From Chiloscyllium plagiosum (lineage: Eukaryota), in assembly GCF_004010195.1 (NCBI RefSeq), contig NC_057718.1, positions 29,903,245-29,940,858 on the forward strand: 37,614 bases of DNA. The letters run 5' to 3'. Below, piece after piece: positions 12,386 through 23,520 of the stretch. The stretch's first letter is position 1. Every line of letters starts with the position of its first letter. Both the position numbers and the translations under genes were made by a program. A model generated the notes under the pieces. That model was not told where the DNA came from. It ran no database searches and worked only from the letters and a program-made list of their open reading frames with translations.

Positions 12386-13009
12386 TTTTAACAGAGCAAC
12401 AAACTACTCAAGTTCGGTGCAAAATGACTAGCTGTATTAAATGAAAAAAGGTTATTTAAATGATTTTGCAGGTGTGGAGGAGGCAGGCAGCCCACTTTGC
12501 CTGAGTCTTGGGCAGAGCACTACAGACTCAGACTTGCTGGGTTGCCAGCATCTTGGATCTCCGCAGGACAATTTTACTTGGCAACCTCCTCTCGGAACAA
12601 ATCTGAGAGATTCGGAATGTCTGAGATGACATTAACAACATGAAGCTGTATCTCTCCACTACCACTCAACTTACCTCAGAGTTGTCAGATCATTCAATGC
12701 GAAACCAAGCAAAACTCATTCTCATTGTTACCAAGTCTCCTTCCCAGCTTCTCAGTCAGGTTGAACACGATCATACCAACCTTCAGATCCTATGAAATCA
12801 AAGCCAAATTTCAAAGCCCAAATTCTATCCAGAAGACTTTATCTAATCAAACAATTATGTCAGCACCATTTCAAATGAACTTTTCTGCTCTTTCGACTTA
12901 GCCAGACTGAAATTATTCTCATCTTGCAAAGAACACGTTCACCAAAGAGGGAGCGCAACTAAGGATCATCAGAAAGGCAGGACTGTCCTGCAAATAGCCA
13001 TTGAGAAGT

Positions 13010-14480
13010 CTTGGCCTGTGGAGTAAAGTGATCTCATTGAAACAGATAATGTTACTCCACAACTCAAGAGGCGATATGTTGGAAGGATGCTTCTCCTGGA
13101 TAGGTGTCTAGATCTAAGAGACACAGTTTCAGGGTAAAGTCATTTAACAGCGAGATGAGGTGTTTCTTCACCGAGAGGGTGGAGAATCTTCAGAATTCTT
13201 GTCCACACAGGGCTGTAGAGTATATTCCAGATAAATTAAATCTTTAGACATTAAAGACAAGGTATATGGGGATAGCACAGAAAAGTGGCTTTGAAGTTAA
13301 AGATCACCAACGAACCAGTTGAATAATTGAGCAGACTTTTTCCTATATTGCTACGTAAGCAGACGCAGCAGCAGTACTGTAAAAGGCCAAAAAGATGACA
13401 AAGTACTCCTCGGATACGCTCAGAAAGAAACTAAGTTTACATTTCCAGTTCAATGAGAGAAACAGCACTGTTGGCCACTGTTCTTGGGAATGAGGTGGGC
13501 CAAATAAACAAGTCTCACTGGAAAAATACTTGAGACAGTGATCATCACATCACCAAAGGTTTCTATTGGCTACCGAAAAGAACTCTGCAAAAACAAACTG
13601 GCAGAAAGCCACTTCAAATGTGTTACCAATGATGCTAATTTATAAGTGATAAAAAAAATGCTGCCTTTAATAGAACCACAAGTTTAAGCATTTAAGGTTT
13701 ATTCCTTTGAAGATGAAATTTAGAAAACACTTAATGGGAGGATCCACGAGAGTGATGCCTAAGACATGGGGGCGTGGGGGGGGGGGGGTTGCATACTTCC
13801 TTGTCAGTGGAGTTGGAGGTGAATAGTGTCATTAAGAGGCATTTGGCACGCTTACCTTCATTGGTCAGTGCATTGAGTATAGCAATTGGGATGGCATGCT
13901 GTGGTTGTACAGGTCATGGGTGAGGCCACTTTTAGAATACTGCATATAATTCCAGTGACCTTTATGGAAGCAGGATGTTGTTAAACTTGAGAATTTGCAA
14001 AAAACATTTTACCCCCCCACCCCTCCAGTGGAAAGGTTGTCCATTGGATCCTTTTGAAATCTTTCATCTCTCCTTAAACCTGTTATGTGAGAAACCTCAG
14101 GAAAAGAACCCAAGATGCAATTTGCACACACCAACTTCTGCAAACAGTTAAAGGTTTACAGGAGTAGACTCACCAACTTTAAGGGCACTTAAATGGTCAC
14201 TGGATAAACATATGGATGGCAATGAAATAGTGTAAGATAGATAGGCTGCAGATTGGAGGGCCTGAAGGCCTGTAACACACTGTAATGTTCTATGTTAATG
14301 TTATTCATTTTTGGTAGAAGAATGGGAAGAGACAGCATGAAATAAAGATAAAACAAAAAGGTACAATTTGAAAAGGAAGAATCGCAAGGCTATGAGAAGC
14401 AGCAGTAAGCTAACAGACACAATGGGTCAAATGGTCTTCTCCTCTGAGCTGTAACAACTTAACAAGAATGCTATTGCTAG
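13010..14480 (+). mobile_element. Mosaic of old CR1 fragments, mostly + strand
   Basis: gtgatctcattgaaacaga...gagggtggagaatct (3' region), ctgttcttgggaatgaggtgggcc...gacagtgatcatc (APE end), ttggtcagtgcattgagtatagc (RT end). Confidence 0.65.
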
Positions 14481-14596
14481 ATTAGTAAGAGGACAGTCAT
14501 GATGGCTTCAAATGGAATCAAGTCTAACTACATAACAGAAATTATTATAATTCCCTGCCAAATGAGAAAAGAACTGGAATCAACTGGAGGACACAA

Positions 14597-14648
14597 TCGG
14601 ATGCTGCCTGAACTGCTGTGCTCTTCCAGCACCACTAATCCACAATCC
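14597..14648 (+). mobile_element. Short PLE terminal-repeat fragment
   Basis: tcggatgctgcctgaactgctgtgctcttccagcaccactaatcc is nearly identical to 16135-16180. Confidence 0.85.
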
Positions 14649-15340
14649 CTGACTGACAGACAGCTAAGCAGATGGAGGTTTAAACTTATTCTGTTTAATG
14701 TTTCAACTTAACAAGAAAACGTGGCATTTTCAATAACCTCAAGTTCCATTCATCAAACAATTCTCTACGGATGCAGATGGAGAGGCAAGAGTAAATATGA
14801 GCAATATCAAAACGAGATTTGGCCAAGTTGAATAGCAAGGAGTCTTAGCAAAGCTAAAGATAATGCTATTCAGTGGGAAGGCCTAAAGAGACTGAAGTTA
14901 TACCTGATACAAAAGGAAAATGTTGACTGCTGTAAAAAGGCCAATCCCCCACCACTCAAAGGCATCTCTTGCTGAGGGCAATGTCAGAGTACAGAAGGAG
15001 GCCACTTGGTCCATTGGGTCTGTACCAGCTCTCGAAAGAGCGACCCACCTAGTTCCAATCTCTCGCCCAGTCTGTGTAGCCCTCTAAATATATCTGCAGC
15101 TCCCTTTGGAAACCGCTATGGAAGCTGCATCCACCACTGTCCCAGACATAGCATTCCAAATCCTAACAACTGAGTGAAGAAGTTTCTCCTCATGTCACTC
15201 CTAACTCTCTTGCTAACAATCTTGAAATTGTGACCAATTACTGACATACTAACTTTTTACCCTGATATAAACAATGACTGCAGATGCTGGAAACCAGATT
15301 CTGGATCAGTGGTTCAGGCAGCATCCAACGAGCAGCGAAA

Positions 15341-15372
15341 TCGACGTTTCGGGCAAAAGCCCTTCATCAGGA
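15341..15372 (-). ncRNA. Minimal hammerhead ribozyme motif
   Basis: UC-CUGAUGA-A-GGGC uuuu GCCC-GAA-ACGU-C-GA; intact core, GUC site. Confidence 0.8.
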
Positions 15373-15393
15373 ATAAAGGCAATGAGCCTGAAG

Positions 15394-15758
15394 NNNNNNN
15401 NNNNNNNNNNNNNNNNNNNNNNNNNNNNNNNNNNNNNNNNNNNNNNNNNNNNNNNNNNNNNNNNNNNNNNNNNNNNNNNNNNNNNNNNNNNNNNNNNNNN
15501 NNNNNNNNNNNNNNNNNNNNNNNNNNNNNNNNNNNNNNNNNNNNNNNNNNNNNNNNNNNNNNNNNNNNNNNNNNNNNNNNNNNNNNNNNNNNNNNNNNNN
15601 NNNNNNNNNNNNNNNNNNNNNNNNNNNNNNNNNNNNNNNNNNNNNNNNNNNNNNNNNNNNNNNNNNNNNNNNNNNNNNNNNNNNNNNNNNNNNNNNNNNN
15701 NNNNNNNNNNNNNNNNNNNNNNNNNNNNNNNNNNNNNNNNNNNNNNNNNNNNNNNNNN
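15394..15758. other. Assembly gap (365 N)
   Basis: N run; both flanks are the same PLE and share a TSD, so the join looks genuine. Confidence 1.
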
Positions 15759-16089
15759 TCCTGCGGTGGCAGGGGAAAGTGCCAGGATGGGAGGGTGGGT
15801 CGTATGGGGGCGTGGACCTGACCAGGTAGTCACGGAAGGAACGGTCTTTGAGGAAGGCGGAGAGGGGTGGGGAGGGAAATATATCCCTGGTGGTGTGGTC
15901 TTTTTGGAAGTGGCAGAAATGTCGGCGGATGATTTGGTTTATGCGGAGGTCTGTAGGGTGGAAGGTGAGCACCAGGGGCGTTCTGTCCTTGTTGTGGTTG
16001 GAGGGGTGGGGTCTGAGGGCAGAGGTGCAGGATGTTGGCGAGATGCGTTGGAGGGCATCTTTAACCACGTGGGAAGGGAAATTGCGATC

Positions 16090-16121
16090 TCCTGATGAAG
16101 GGCTTTTGCCCGAAACGTTGA
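16090..16121 (+). ncRNA. Minimal hammerhead ribozyme motif (inverted copy)
   Basis: UC-CUGAUGA-A-GGGC uuuu GCCC-GAA-ACGU-U-GA. Confidence 0.75.
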
Positions 16122-16499
16122 TTTCACTGCTCATTGGATGCTGCCTGAACTACTGTGCTCTTCCAGCACCACTGATCCAGAACTTTTTACCCTGTCAAAT
16201 GTATTCATTATTTTGAACATCTCAATAAAAGGTCATCTCTCAACCTTCTCTCCAAGGAGAATAAAGCCCAGAATCTCGACTCTTTCCTTGTATCTAAAAT
16301 CCCTCACTCCTGATATCATTCTAGAGCATCTCCAATGTACTCTTTCCAGGGCTTGAACATCCTTCTTTAAATACAGGTGTCAAGAACTGAATACAATACT
16401 CCCAATGTGATCTGGCCAATGATTTGGAGAGATGTTCCATCAGTTCTTCGCTTTTGTACTCTCTGCGTCTATTTATAAGTCAAAAAATAAACCTACAGT

Positions 16500-19400
16500 A
16501 TATCCGGGAGGGGGAAGACTTAGCTGGACGCTTTGTTTCAGGAGGCAGTCACACCTGGTAGATTAAGTAATTCAAATTCAGTTAGTGATCAGGAACAACA
16601 GGATGTGACTGTAAGTGAGGCAGGTAGAAGGATTCGGAGTTCAGGAGTGGAGGAGCCTCAGCCCTTGACCTTGTCCAACAGGTATGAGATTTTTTGCTCC
16701 ATGTATGGAAAAGGGCTGTGGACAGGATGAGCAAGCTGACCATGGCACCATGGTGCAGAAGGCCATTCAAGAGCAGGAAGCAAAGAGACAAATAGTTGCT
16801 ATAGGGTATTGTATATTTAGGGAGACAGACAGTATCTTTACAGCTAGATCAGGAGTCACGCATGGTGTGTTGCCTGACCTGTGCCAGGGTTCAGGACATC
16901 TCTGACCAGCTTGGAAGGATACTAAAGCACAAAGGAGAAGATCCAGTTCTTATGGTCTACGATGGCACAAACAACATAGACAAGGTTAGGAAGGAGGACC
17001 TTTTTGGTTAGTATCAAGCACTAGGAAGGAAATTGAAGAACAGGTCTTCGAGGGTCATAATTCCAAGGGATCACTGCTCGAGCCACATGCTAATTGGCAT
17101 AGGGATAAGAAAATTAGGGAAATAAACACGTGGCTAAGAGACTGGTGCAGGAATTCCATTTCATGGGACACTGGCATTAGTTTTGGAATCAGGGCGATCT
17201 GTACCAATGGGACAATCTCCACCTAAACAGATCTGGAACCAGTGTTCTGGCAAAGGATAAGTCGGGTGGTCAGTAGGACTTTAAAACATGAGTCGGGGGG
17301 TAGTGGGGGAAGGGAAAGAGAGTGAATATGGAGTCAAGTAGAAAGATAAGTAGCAGGTTAGCATGGGTGCAGGGTTTAAGTTAAAGGCAAACTATGAACA
17401 AAGCAAAAAAAAGGAAGGATAACTTAGGACATATTACGAGAGATGATGGAAATCATGAGGATAAGAAAATTAGCATTGAGGTGCATTACCTTAGTATTCC
17501 TAACAAAGTAGATGAATTAACAGCACAAATCATGGTGAATGATCATGATGTGGTAGGCATCACAGAGACATGGTTGCAAGGGGTTCAGGACTGGCAATTA
17601 ACATCCAAATATTTACAACTTAGCAAAAAGACAGGGAGGTGGGCAAAGGGGGAAGGGTTGCCTTGTTAGTTAAGAATGGAATTAAATCTATGGCACTGAA
17701 TGACATAAGGTCAGATGATGTGGAGTCTGTATGGGTGGAGTTGAGGAAGCACAAAGGCAAAAAACCATAACGGGAGTTATGTACAGACCTCCCAGCTGTG
17801 GTCAGGACCAGAGGCGCAAGATGTACCAGGAAATAGGGTATGTCAGAAAGGCAAGGTCACTGTGATCATGGGGGACTTCAATATGCAGGTGTTGTGGGAG
17901 GATCCAAAGAAAGGGAATTCATGGAATGCTTACAGGATGGCTTGTGATGAAGCCCACAAGGGAGCAGGCTATTCTGGATTTAGTGCTATATAATGACCCA
18001 GACTTCATAAAAGATCTTAAAGTAAGGGAACACGGAGGAGGCAGCGATCATAATATGGTAGAGTTCAGTCTGCAGTTTGAAAGAGAAGGCAAATCCGGAT
18101 GTAATGGTGTTACAGTTAAATAAAAGGTAATTACAGAGGCATGAGGGGAAAACAAACGAAAATCAACTGGAAGCAGAGCCTAGTGGGGAAATCAGTAGAG
18201 CAATAATGGCAGGAGTTTCTAGGTGTAATTGAGAACACAGTACTGAAGTTCATCCCAAAGAAAAGAAAGATTATCCGGAAGTTGGTGGGGGGGTGGGGGG
18301 AATTAGACAGCCATGGCTGACAAAGGAAATTAGGAAATGTATCAACGAAAACTAGAGTGCCCATACAGTGGCCCAGAGCACTGGGAAATCAGAAGATTGG
18401 GAAGTCTACAAAAACAGACAGAGGATAACAGAGAAAAGAAAGAAGAGGATCAAATATGAAGGTAGGCTAGCCAGTAATATTAGAAGTGATAGTAAAAGTT
18501 TCTTTCAATACATAAGAAACAAACGAGAGGCAAAAGTAGACATTAGGCCACTCCAAATTGATGCAGGAATGAATGTGATGGGAGATAAGGAAATAGCTGA
18601 GCATGGGGTTGGGAGTGTGGTGGGTGAGGGGGGAGGGGCACCTCTGGTTGCAGCAGGGTCTTGTTAGAGTGGGCTGGGAGGTGGCGTGTAATGTTTGATT
18701 CGGATGGATGCAGGATGCTGCATTTTGGGAAAGCAAATCTTAGCAGGACTTATACACTTAAGGGTAAGGTCNTTGAAAGGGTTCAGAAAAGATTTACAAG
18801 GATGTTGCCAGGGTTGGAGGATTTGAGCGATAGGGAAGAGATTGAAAAGACTGGGGCTGATTTCCCTGGAGCAGAGACTGAGGAGTGACATTATAGAGGT
18901 TTACAAAATTATGAGGGGCATGGATAGGATAAATAGACAAAGTCTTTTCCCTGGGGTGGGGGAGTCCAGAACTAGAGGGCATAGGTTTAGGGTGGGGGGG
19001 GGGGGGGAGAATATAAAAGAGACCTAAGGGGCAACTTTTTCAAGCAGAGAGTGGTACGTGTATGAAATGAGCTGCCACAGGAAGGGGTGGTGGCTGGTAC
19101 AATTGCAACATTTAAGAGGCATTTGGATAGGTATGAATTGGAAGGGTTTGGAGGGATATGGGCCAGGTGCTGGCAGATGGGACTAGATTGGGTTGGGATA
19201 ACTGGTCAGCATGGACGGGTTGGACCAAAGAGTCTGTTTCCATGCTGTACATCTCTATGACTCTATAACTTAAGAACTTTGTGTCAGTCTTCACAGTGGA
19301 AGACATGTGTAATATCCCAACAATTAAGGAGAGTCAGGGGCAGAGTTGAGTATTGTAGCCATTACAAAAGAGAGAGTTCTAGAAAAGCTAAAGAGGTCGA

Positions 19401-19590
19401 AAAATTGATAAATCTCCTGGCCCAGATAGGCTACATCTGAGAGGTCCGAGGCTGCATCTGAGAGGTCCGAGGCTGAAGAAATAGTGGAGGCATTGGTTGT
19501 GATCTTTCAAAAAAAAAAGTCACTGGAATCAGGGAAAGTCTCGGATGATTTGGAAAATTGCTGTTCTTACCCCATGTTCAAGAAAGGGGG
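16500..19590 (+). mobile_element. Long decayed CR1: ORF1 (SGNH-esterase type) + ORF2 endonuclease/linker, 3'-truncated at RT start
   Basis: LSNRYE; RQIVAIGYCIFRETDSIF (GDSI motif decayed); DGTNNID; NKVDELTAQIMVNDHDVVGITETWLQG; MGDFN; PTREQAILDLVL; GSDHNMVEFSL; ends near MFKKG; 21-bp tandem duplication at 19430-19471. Confidence 0.9.
18602..19266 (+). mobile_element. Young CR1 3' end nested inside the long CR1
   Basis: Interrupts the host DKEIAE|(E)L-KNFVSVFTVED motif; ends ctatgactctat; single N at 18772 replaces ~230 bp of consensus. Confidence 0.9.
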
Positions 19591-19683
19591 TTACAACAGC
19601 GATTTCATCATGTTACCTCCAGTTCAGGATGGTAATTAATCAAGAGACTAAACTGAACTAATAACATCATTATTTTACCAGGA

Positions 19684-19856
19684 CAAAAGCAAAATACTGT
19701 ACACTATGGAAATGTGAAGTGTTTAAAAAAATGAAATACTTGGAATATTCGTCTGATTTGACAGATGTGTAGTAGAACATATGATTCTCATGAAAGATCA
19801 TATACTTTCTTTACAGCAATTCCTGATGAATATATCCACCATTTCTGCTTTTATTT
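19684..19856. mobile_element. Very decayed PLE-terminus element
   Basis: caaaagcaaaatactg...ggaaatgtgaa at left and catttctgcttttatt at right resemble PLE tails in opposite orientations. Confidence 0.45.
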
Positions 19857-20214
19857 GTGGTGTCCGAGATTAAAACTCTAGACAAACGTTCACTTCTGAG
19901 GACAAAATTTCTCTATTTAAAAAGGTTCAAATCAAAGTGTGACTGAATACACAATGCTGGATGATTGCAACTGCATATTCAAGAGCAAATTTAATTTATC
20001 AGTTTCCCCCACGGGTAAACTCAACACCCATTCTTTACAACATGAGGCATTACAGTGATCTTGCACAAGAGTTAAAAAATGCATAAGAATTCACCTGGAC
20101 CATTGTTCTGTGCCTCCAACCTTCAACCTTAAGAATAAGAGCTCGAACATCATTGGATTACCATGTTTAAACTGAGCTGCAAGAACCATTGAGAATTTTC
20201 TCATTCTTTGATAA

Positions 20215-20667
20215 AATGCAAGTTGACTGACATGACTAGCATTTGCAGTCGATTCCCAAATTGCCTGAGAAAATAGTCAAAAGCTGTCTTATTCACCATC
20301 AACAGTCAGTCTTGTGTAGACATACCCTCAATGCTCTTAGTGAGGGAGTTCCAGATTTTTGACCCAGAAATTGTAATGCATGCAATTATACAGTTCAAGT
20401 CAAGACAATGTGGAGTCTTGAGGGAACTTTCAGGTACTGTTGTTCCTTGTACTTCTAGATAACACATTTGTAGCGTACTATCAAAGGAATACCATTGACA
20501 GGCTTCAACACCTTTTGTGGAACGTGGGCGCCACCGGTTGGACAGAACATTGTTTTTATTGCCTGCCCCTAGTTGCCCTTGAAGAGGTGATGGTGAGCTG
20601 CCTTTTGAAATTGGAATTCCAGGATTTTGACCCAGTGACAGTAAAGGAACAGCAATAATATTTCCAA
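20215..20667 (-). mobile_element. CR1/L2-group LINE 3' tails (two copies)
   Basis: gggagttccagatttttgacccag (20344) and ggaattccaggattttgacccagtgacagtaaaggaac (20613); second copy resumes at ~22462. Confidence 0.7.
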
Positions 20668-22462
20668 GGTAAAAACAATGACTGCAGATGCTGGAAACCA
20701 GATTCTGGAGTAGAGTGGTGCTGGAAAAGCAGAGCAGCTCAGGCAGCATCCGAGGAACAGCAAAATCCGACGATGTGGACAAAGGCCCTTCATCAGGAAT
20801 ACAGGCAGAGTGCCTGAAGGGTGGAGAGATAAATGAGAGGAGGGTGGGGGTGGGGACAAAGTAGCATAGAGTATAATAGGTGAGTGGGGGTGGGGATAAA
20901 GGTGATAGTCAGAGAAGGGTGGAATGGATAGGTGGAAGAGAAGATAGACAGGTAGGACAGGTCATGGGGATGGTGCTGAGCTGGAAGTTTGAAACTAGGA
21001 GGTGGGGGAAGGGGAAATGAGGAAGCTGTTGAAGTCCACATTGATGCCCTGGGGTTGAGGTGTTCCAAGGCAGAAGATGAGGCTTTCTTCCTCCAGGCGT
21101 CGGGTGGTGAGGGATGGCGGTGAAGGAGGCCCAGGACCTCCATGTCCTCGGCAGAGTGGGAGGGGGGAGTTGAAATGTTGGGCCACAGGGCAGTGTGGTT
21201 GATTGGTGCGGGTGTCCCGGAGATGTTCCCTAAAGCGTTCTGCTTGGAGGCATCCAGTCTCCCCAATGTAGAGGAGACCGCATCGGGAGCAACGGATATG
21301 ATAGTGGTGGATGTGCAGGTAAAACTTTGATGGATGTGAGGAAGGAGGTGTGGGCCCAGATTTTGCAATTCCTGCGGTGGCAGGGGAAGGTGCTAGGACG
21401 GGGCAGTGGGTTGTAGGGGGGCGTGGACCTGACAGGTAGTCACAGAGGGAACGGTCTTTGCGGAAGGTAGAAAGGGGTGGGGAAGGAAACATATCCCTGG
21501 TGGTAGGGTCCGTTTGGAGGTGGCGGAAATGTCGGTGGATGATTTGGTTTATGCGAAGGTTGGTAGGGTGGAAGGTGAGTACCGGGGGGGGTTCTGTCCT
21601 TGTTACAGTGGGAGGGGTGAGGTCTGAAGACAGAGGTGCAGGATGTGGATGAGATGCATTGGAGGGCATCTTTAACCACTTGGGAAGGGAAATTGCGGTC
21701 TCTAAATGAGGCCATCTGGTGTGTTCTGTGGTGGAACTGGTCCTCCTGGGAGCAGATACGGCAGAGGCGGAGGAATTGGAAATACAGGATGGCATTTATG
21801 CAGGTGGTAGGGTGGGAAGAGGAGTAATCCAGGTAGCTGTGGGAGTCAGTGGGATTGTAAAAAAAGTTAGTGTCAAGCCGGTCGTCATTTATGGAGATGG
21901 AGGGGTCCAGGAAGGGGAGGGAGGTGTTAGAGATGGTCCCAGTAAATTTAAGGTCCAGGTGGAATGTGTTGGTGAAGTTGATGAATTGGTCAACCTCCTC
22001 ATGGAGGAAGAGGGTGGTGCTGGTGTAACTACGGCAGATGGACTGTTCTACGTAGCCAAAAAAGAGACAGGCATAGGTGGGGCCCATACGGGTGCCATGG
22101 CTACCCTTTTGGTCGGGAGGGAGGGAGGGAGGATTCGAATGAGAAATTGTTAAGGGTGAGGACCAGTTCGGTCAAACGAATGGGAGTGTTGGTGGAAGGG
22201 TACTGTTGGGGACGTCGGGAGAGGAAGAAACGGAGGGCTTGGAGGCCCTGGTCATGGCGGATGGAGGTGTCGAGGGATTGGATATCGATGGTGAAGATGA
22301 GGCGTTGGGGGCCAGGGAAACGGAAGTCTTGGAGGTGGTGGAGGGCATGGGTGGTGTCTCGAACGTATGTGGGGAGTTCCTGGACTAAGGGGGATAGGAC
22401 AGTGTCGAGGTAAGTAGAGATGAGTTCAGTGGGGCAGGAGCATGCTGAGACAATGGATCGGT
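20668..22462 (-). mobile_element. Penelope-like element, 5'-truncated, decayed RT + GIY-YIG endonuclease + terminal repeat
   Basis: Minus ORFs PTYVRDTTH, FTIDIQSLDTSIRH, LVLTLNNFSF, GVAMAP-MGPTYACLF, LPFLD, YIRCSRCGLLYIGET-like GIY-YIG, RRLEEESLIFCLGTPQPQGINVDFNSF; terminal repeat 20668-20820 with degenerate hammerhead (GAAA lost). Confidence 0.95.
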
Positions 22463-22770
22463 GGTGAGTAGCTTGGAGGGGAACTTTAAGGGAGTTGCGT
22501 TCCAATCTATCTGCTGCCATGTTTCTCAAGATGGAAGTGGTCATGGGTTTGGAAGGTGCTGTCTGAGGATCTTTGGTGAATTCCTGCAGTGTATCTTGTA
22601 GACATTATACACTGCTGCAACACAACACTGATGGTGCAGGGAGCCGATGTCGTGCCAATCAAGTGGGCTGCTTTGTCCTGGATGCTGTCAAACTTTTGCT
22701 GTTGGGGCTGCACAGGTGGCAAGTTACTTGCTGCACCATTCCGAGCTTCTGACTTGCTTTTGTAGCAGTG
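22463..22770 (-). mobile_element. CR1/L2-group LINE continuation (host of the PLE)
   Basis: Minus ORF QKFDSIQDKAAHLIGTTS. Confidence 0.75.
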
Positions 22771-22888
22771 TGTACACAATTTGCTGATGACAAAAATAGG
22801 CAGGTCAATAAATTGCAAATGACTAAATAAGATTCTTACAAATGGACATAAATTGGTTTGGAGTGTGGGCCAAAATGTGACAGATGAA

Positions 22889-23050
22889 TTTGTGTTGCAG
22901 ACATTTCGTCCCTTGTCAAGGTGACATCCTCAGTGCTTGGGAGCCTCCTGTGGATGTCACCTAAACAGGGTCAAAATGTCTGCAACACAAATTCCCAGCT
23001 CGGCGAACAGAACAACAAGAAGCACCCGAGCTACAAATCTTCTCACAAAC
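22889..23050. mobile_element. Short fold-back PLE-terminus insertion (second family) with 13-bp TSD
   Basis: Arms aatttgtgttgcagacatttcg...tgacatcc and ggatgtcacc...aatgtctgcaacacaaatt; TSD tgtgacagatgaa (22876-22888) / tgagacagatgaa (23051-23063). Confidence 0.85.
22897..22936 (-). ncRNA. Minimal hammerhead ribozyme motif
   Basis: GCA-CUGAGGA-U-GUC a CCUU gac AAGG GAC-GAA-AUGU-C-UGC; stem I GCA/UGC; AUGU is probably CpG-decayed ACGU. Confidence 0.7.
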
Positions 23051-23286
23051 TGAGACAGATGAAGTTTAACATGGTAAATGCAAGGTCATGCATTTGGGTC
23101 AAAAAAACAGGAAGGTGACCTGTTATCTTAATGGGGAGACACTTTGGGGTGCTCTGGTGCAGAGGGACCGAGCTGTATTTGTTTATGAGTCACAAAGCTA
23201 GCATGCAGGTACAGCAGAAAATAAAGAAAGCGAATGCAATGTTGGCTTTAAAAGCTCATGGAATGGAATGTGAACATAAGGAAATA

Positions 23287-23520
23287 GAGCTGAAAAATGT
23301 GTTGCTGGAAAAGCGCAGCAGGTCAGGCAGCATCCAAGGAGCAGGAGAATTGATGTTTTGGGCTCCTTGGATGCTGGAAAAGCGCAGCAGGTCAGGCAGC
23401 ATCGAAGTAGCAGGAGAATTGATGTTTTGGGCTCCTTCGATGCTGCCTGACCTGCTGCGCTTTTCCAGCAACACATTTTTCAGATCTGACCTCCAGCATC
23501 TGCAGTCCTCACTTTCTCCT
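23287..23520. mobile_element. Fold-back PLE-terminus insertion with internal ~67-bp duplication and 11-bp TSD
   Basis: TSD ataaggaaata at 23276-23286 and 23521-23531; tgctggaaaagcgcagcaggtcaggcagcatc twice, then its reverse complement. Confidence 0.9.

Larger units (their letters stand above)
7834..12561 (-). mobile_element. L1-clade LINE with both ends, TSD and large internal deletions
   Basis: 5' end GGAGATCCAAGATGCTGGC; ORF1 N-terminus only; ORF2 EN (ALLQETHL, IIGGDFN, SDH) and RT (SLDAEKAFDRVEW, GCRQGCPLSPLLF, FLYLGI); T-rich tail at 7830-7842; TSD cgcatgacaatttt (7820-7833) / cgcaggacaatttt (12562-12575). Confidence 0.92.
15265..16180 (-). mobile_element. Truncated PLE with inverted terminal repeat and 14-bp TSD, spanning the 365-N gap
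   Basis: Minus ORF DRNFPSHVVKDALQRIS...PLVLTFHP...PGTFPCHR; terminal repeat on - (15271-15393) and inverted on + (16090-16180); perfect TSD aactttttaccctg at 15251-15264 and 16181-16194. Confidence 0.92.
14985..16470 (-). mobile_element. CR1 3' part (host of the PLE insertion)
   Basis: Reverse-complement tail (cagaaggaggccacttggtccattgggtctgtaccagctc) continuing after the PLE as ccaagaactgaatacaatactcc (EYCIQFL). Confidence 0.8.

Noticed and set aside
15274..16134. Long ORFs (170-273 aa) in the track
   Set aside because: Open only because they cross the N gap; the real parts are PLE fragments.
21142..22413. + strand ORFs over the Penelope element
   Set aside because: Antisense shadows of the C-rich PLE ORF with no independent protein features.
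23290..23480. Repeat-spacer-repeat pattern resembling a CRISPR array
   Set aside because: The spacers are near-identical and the unit is a PLE terminal repeat in eukaryotic DNA; no cas genes.
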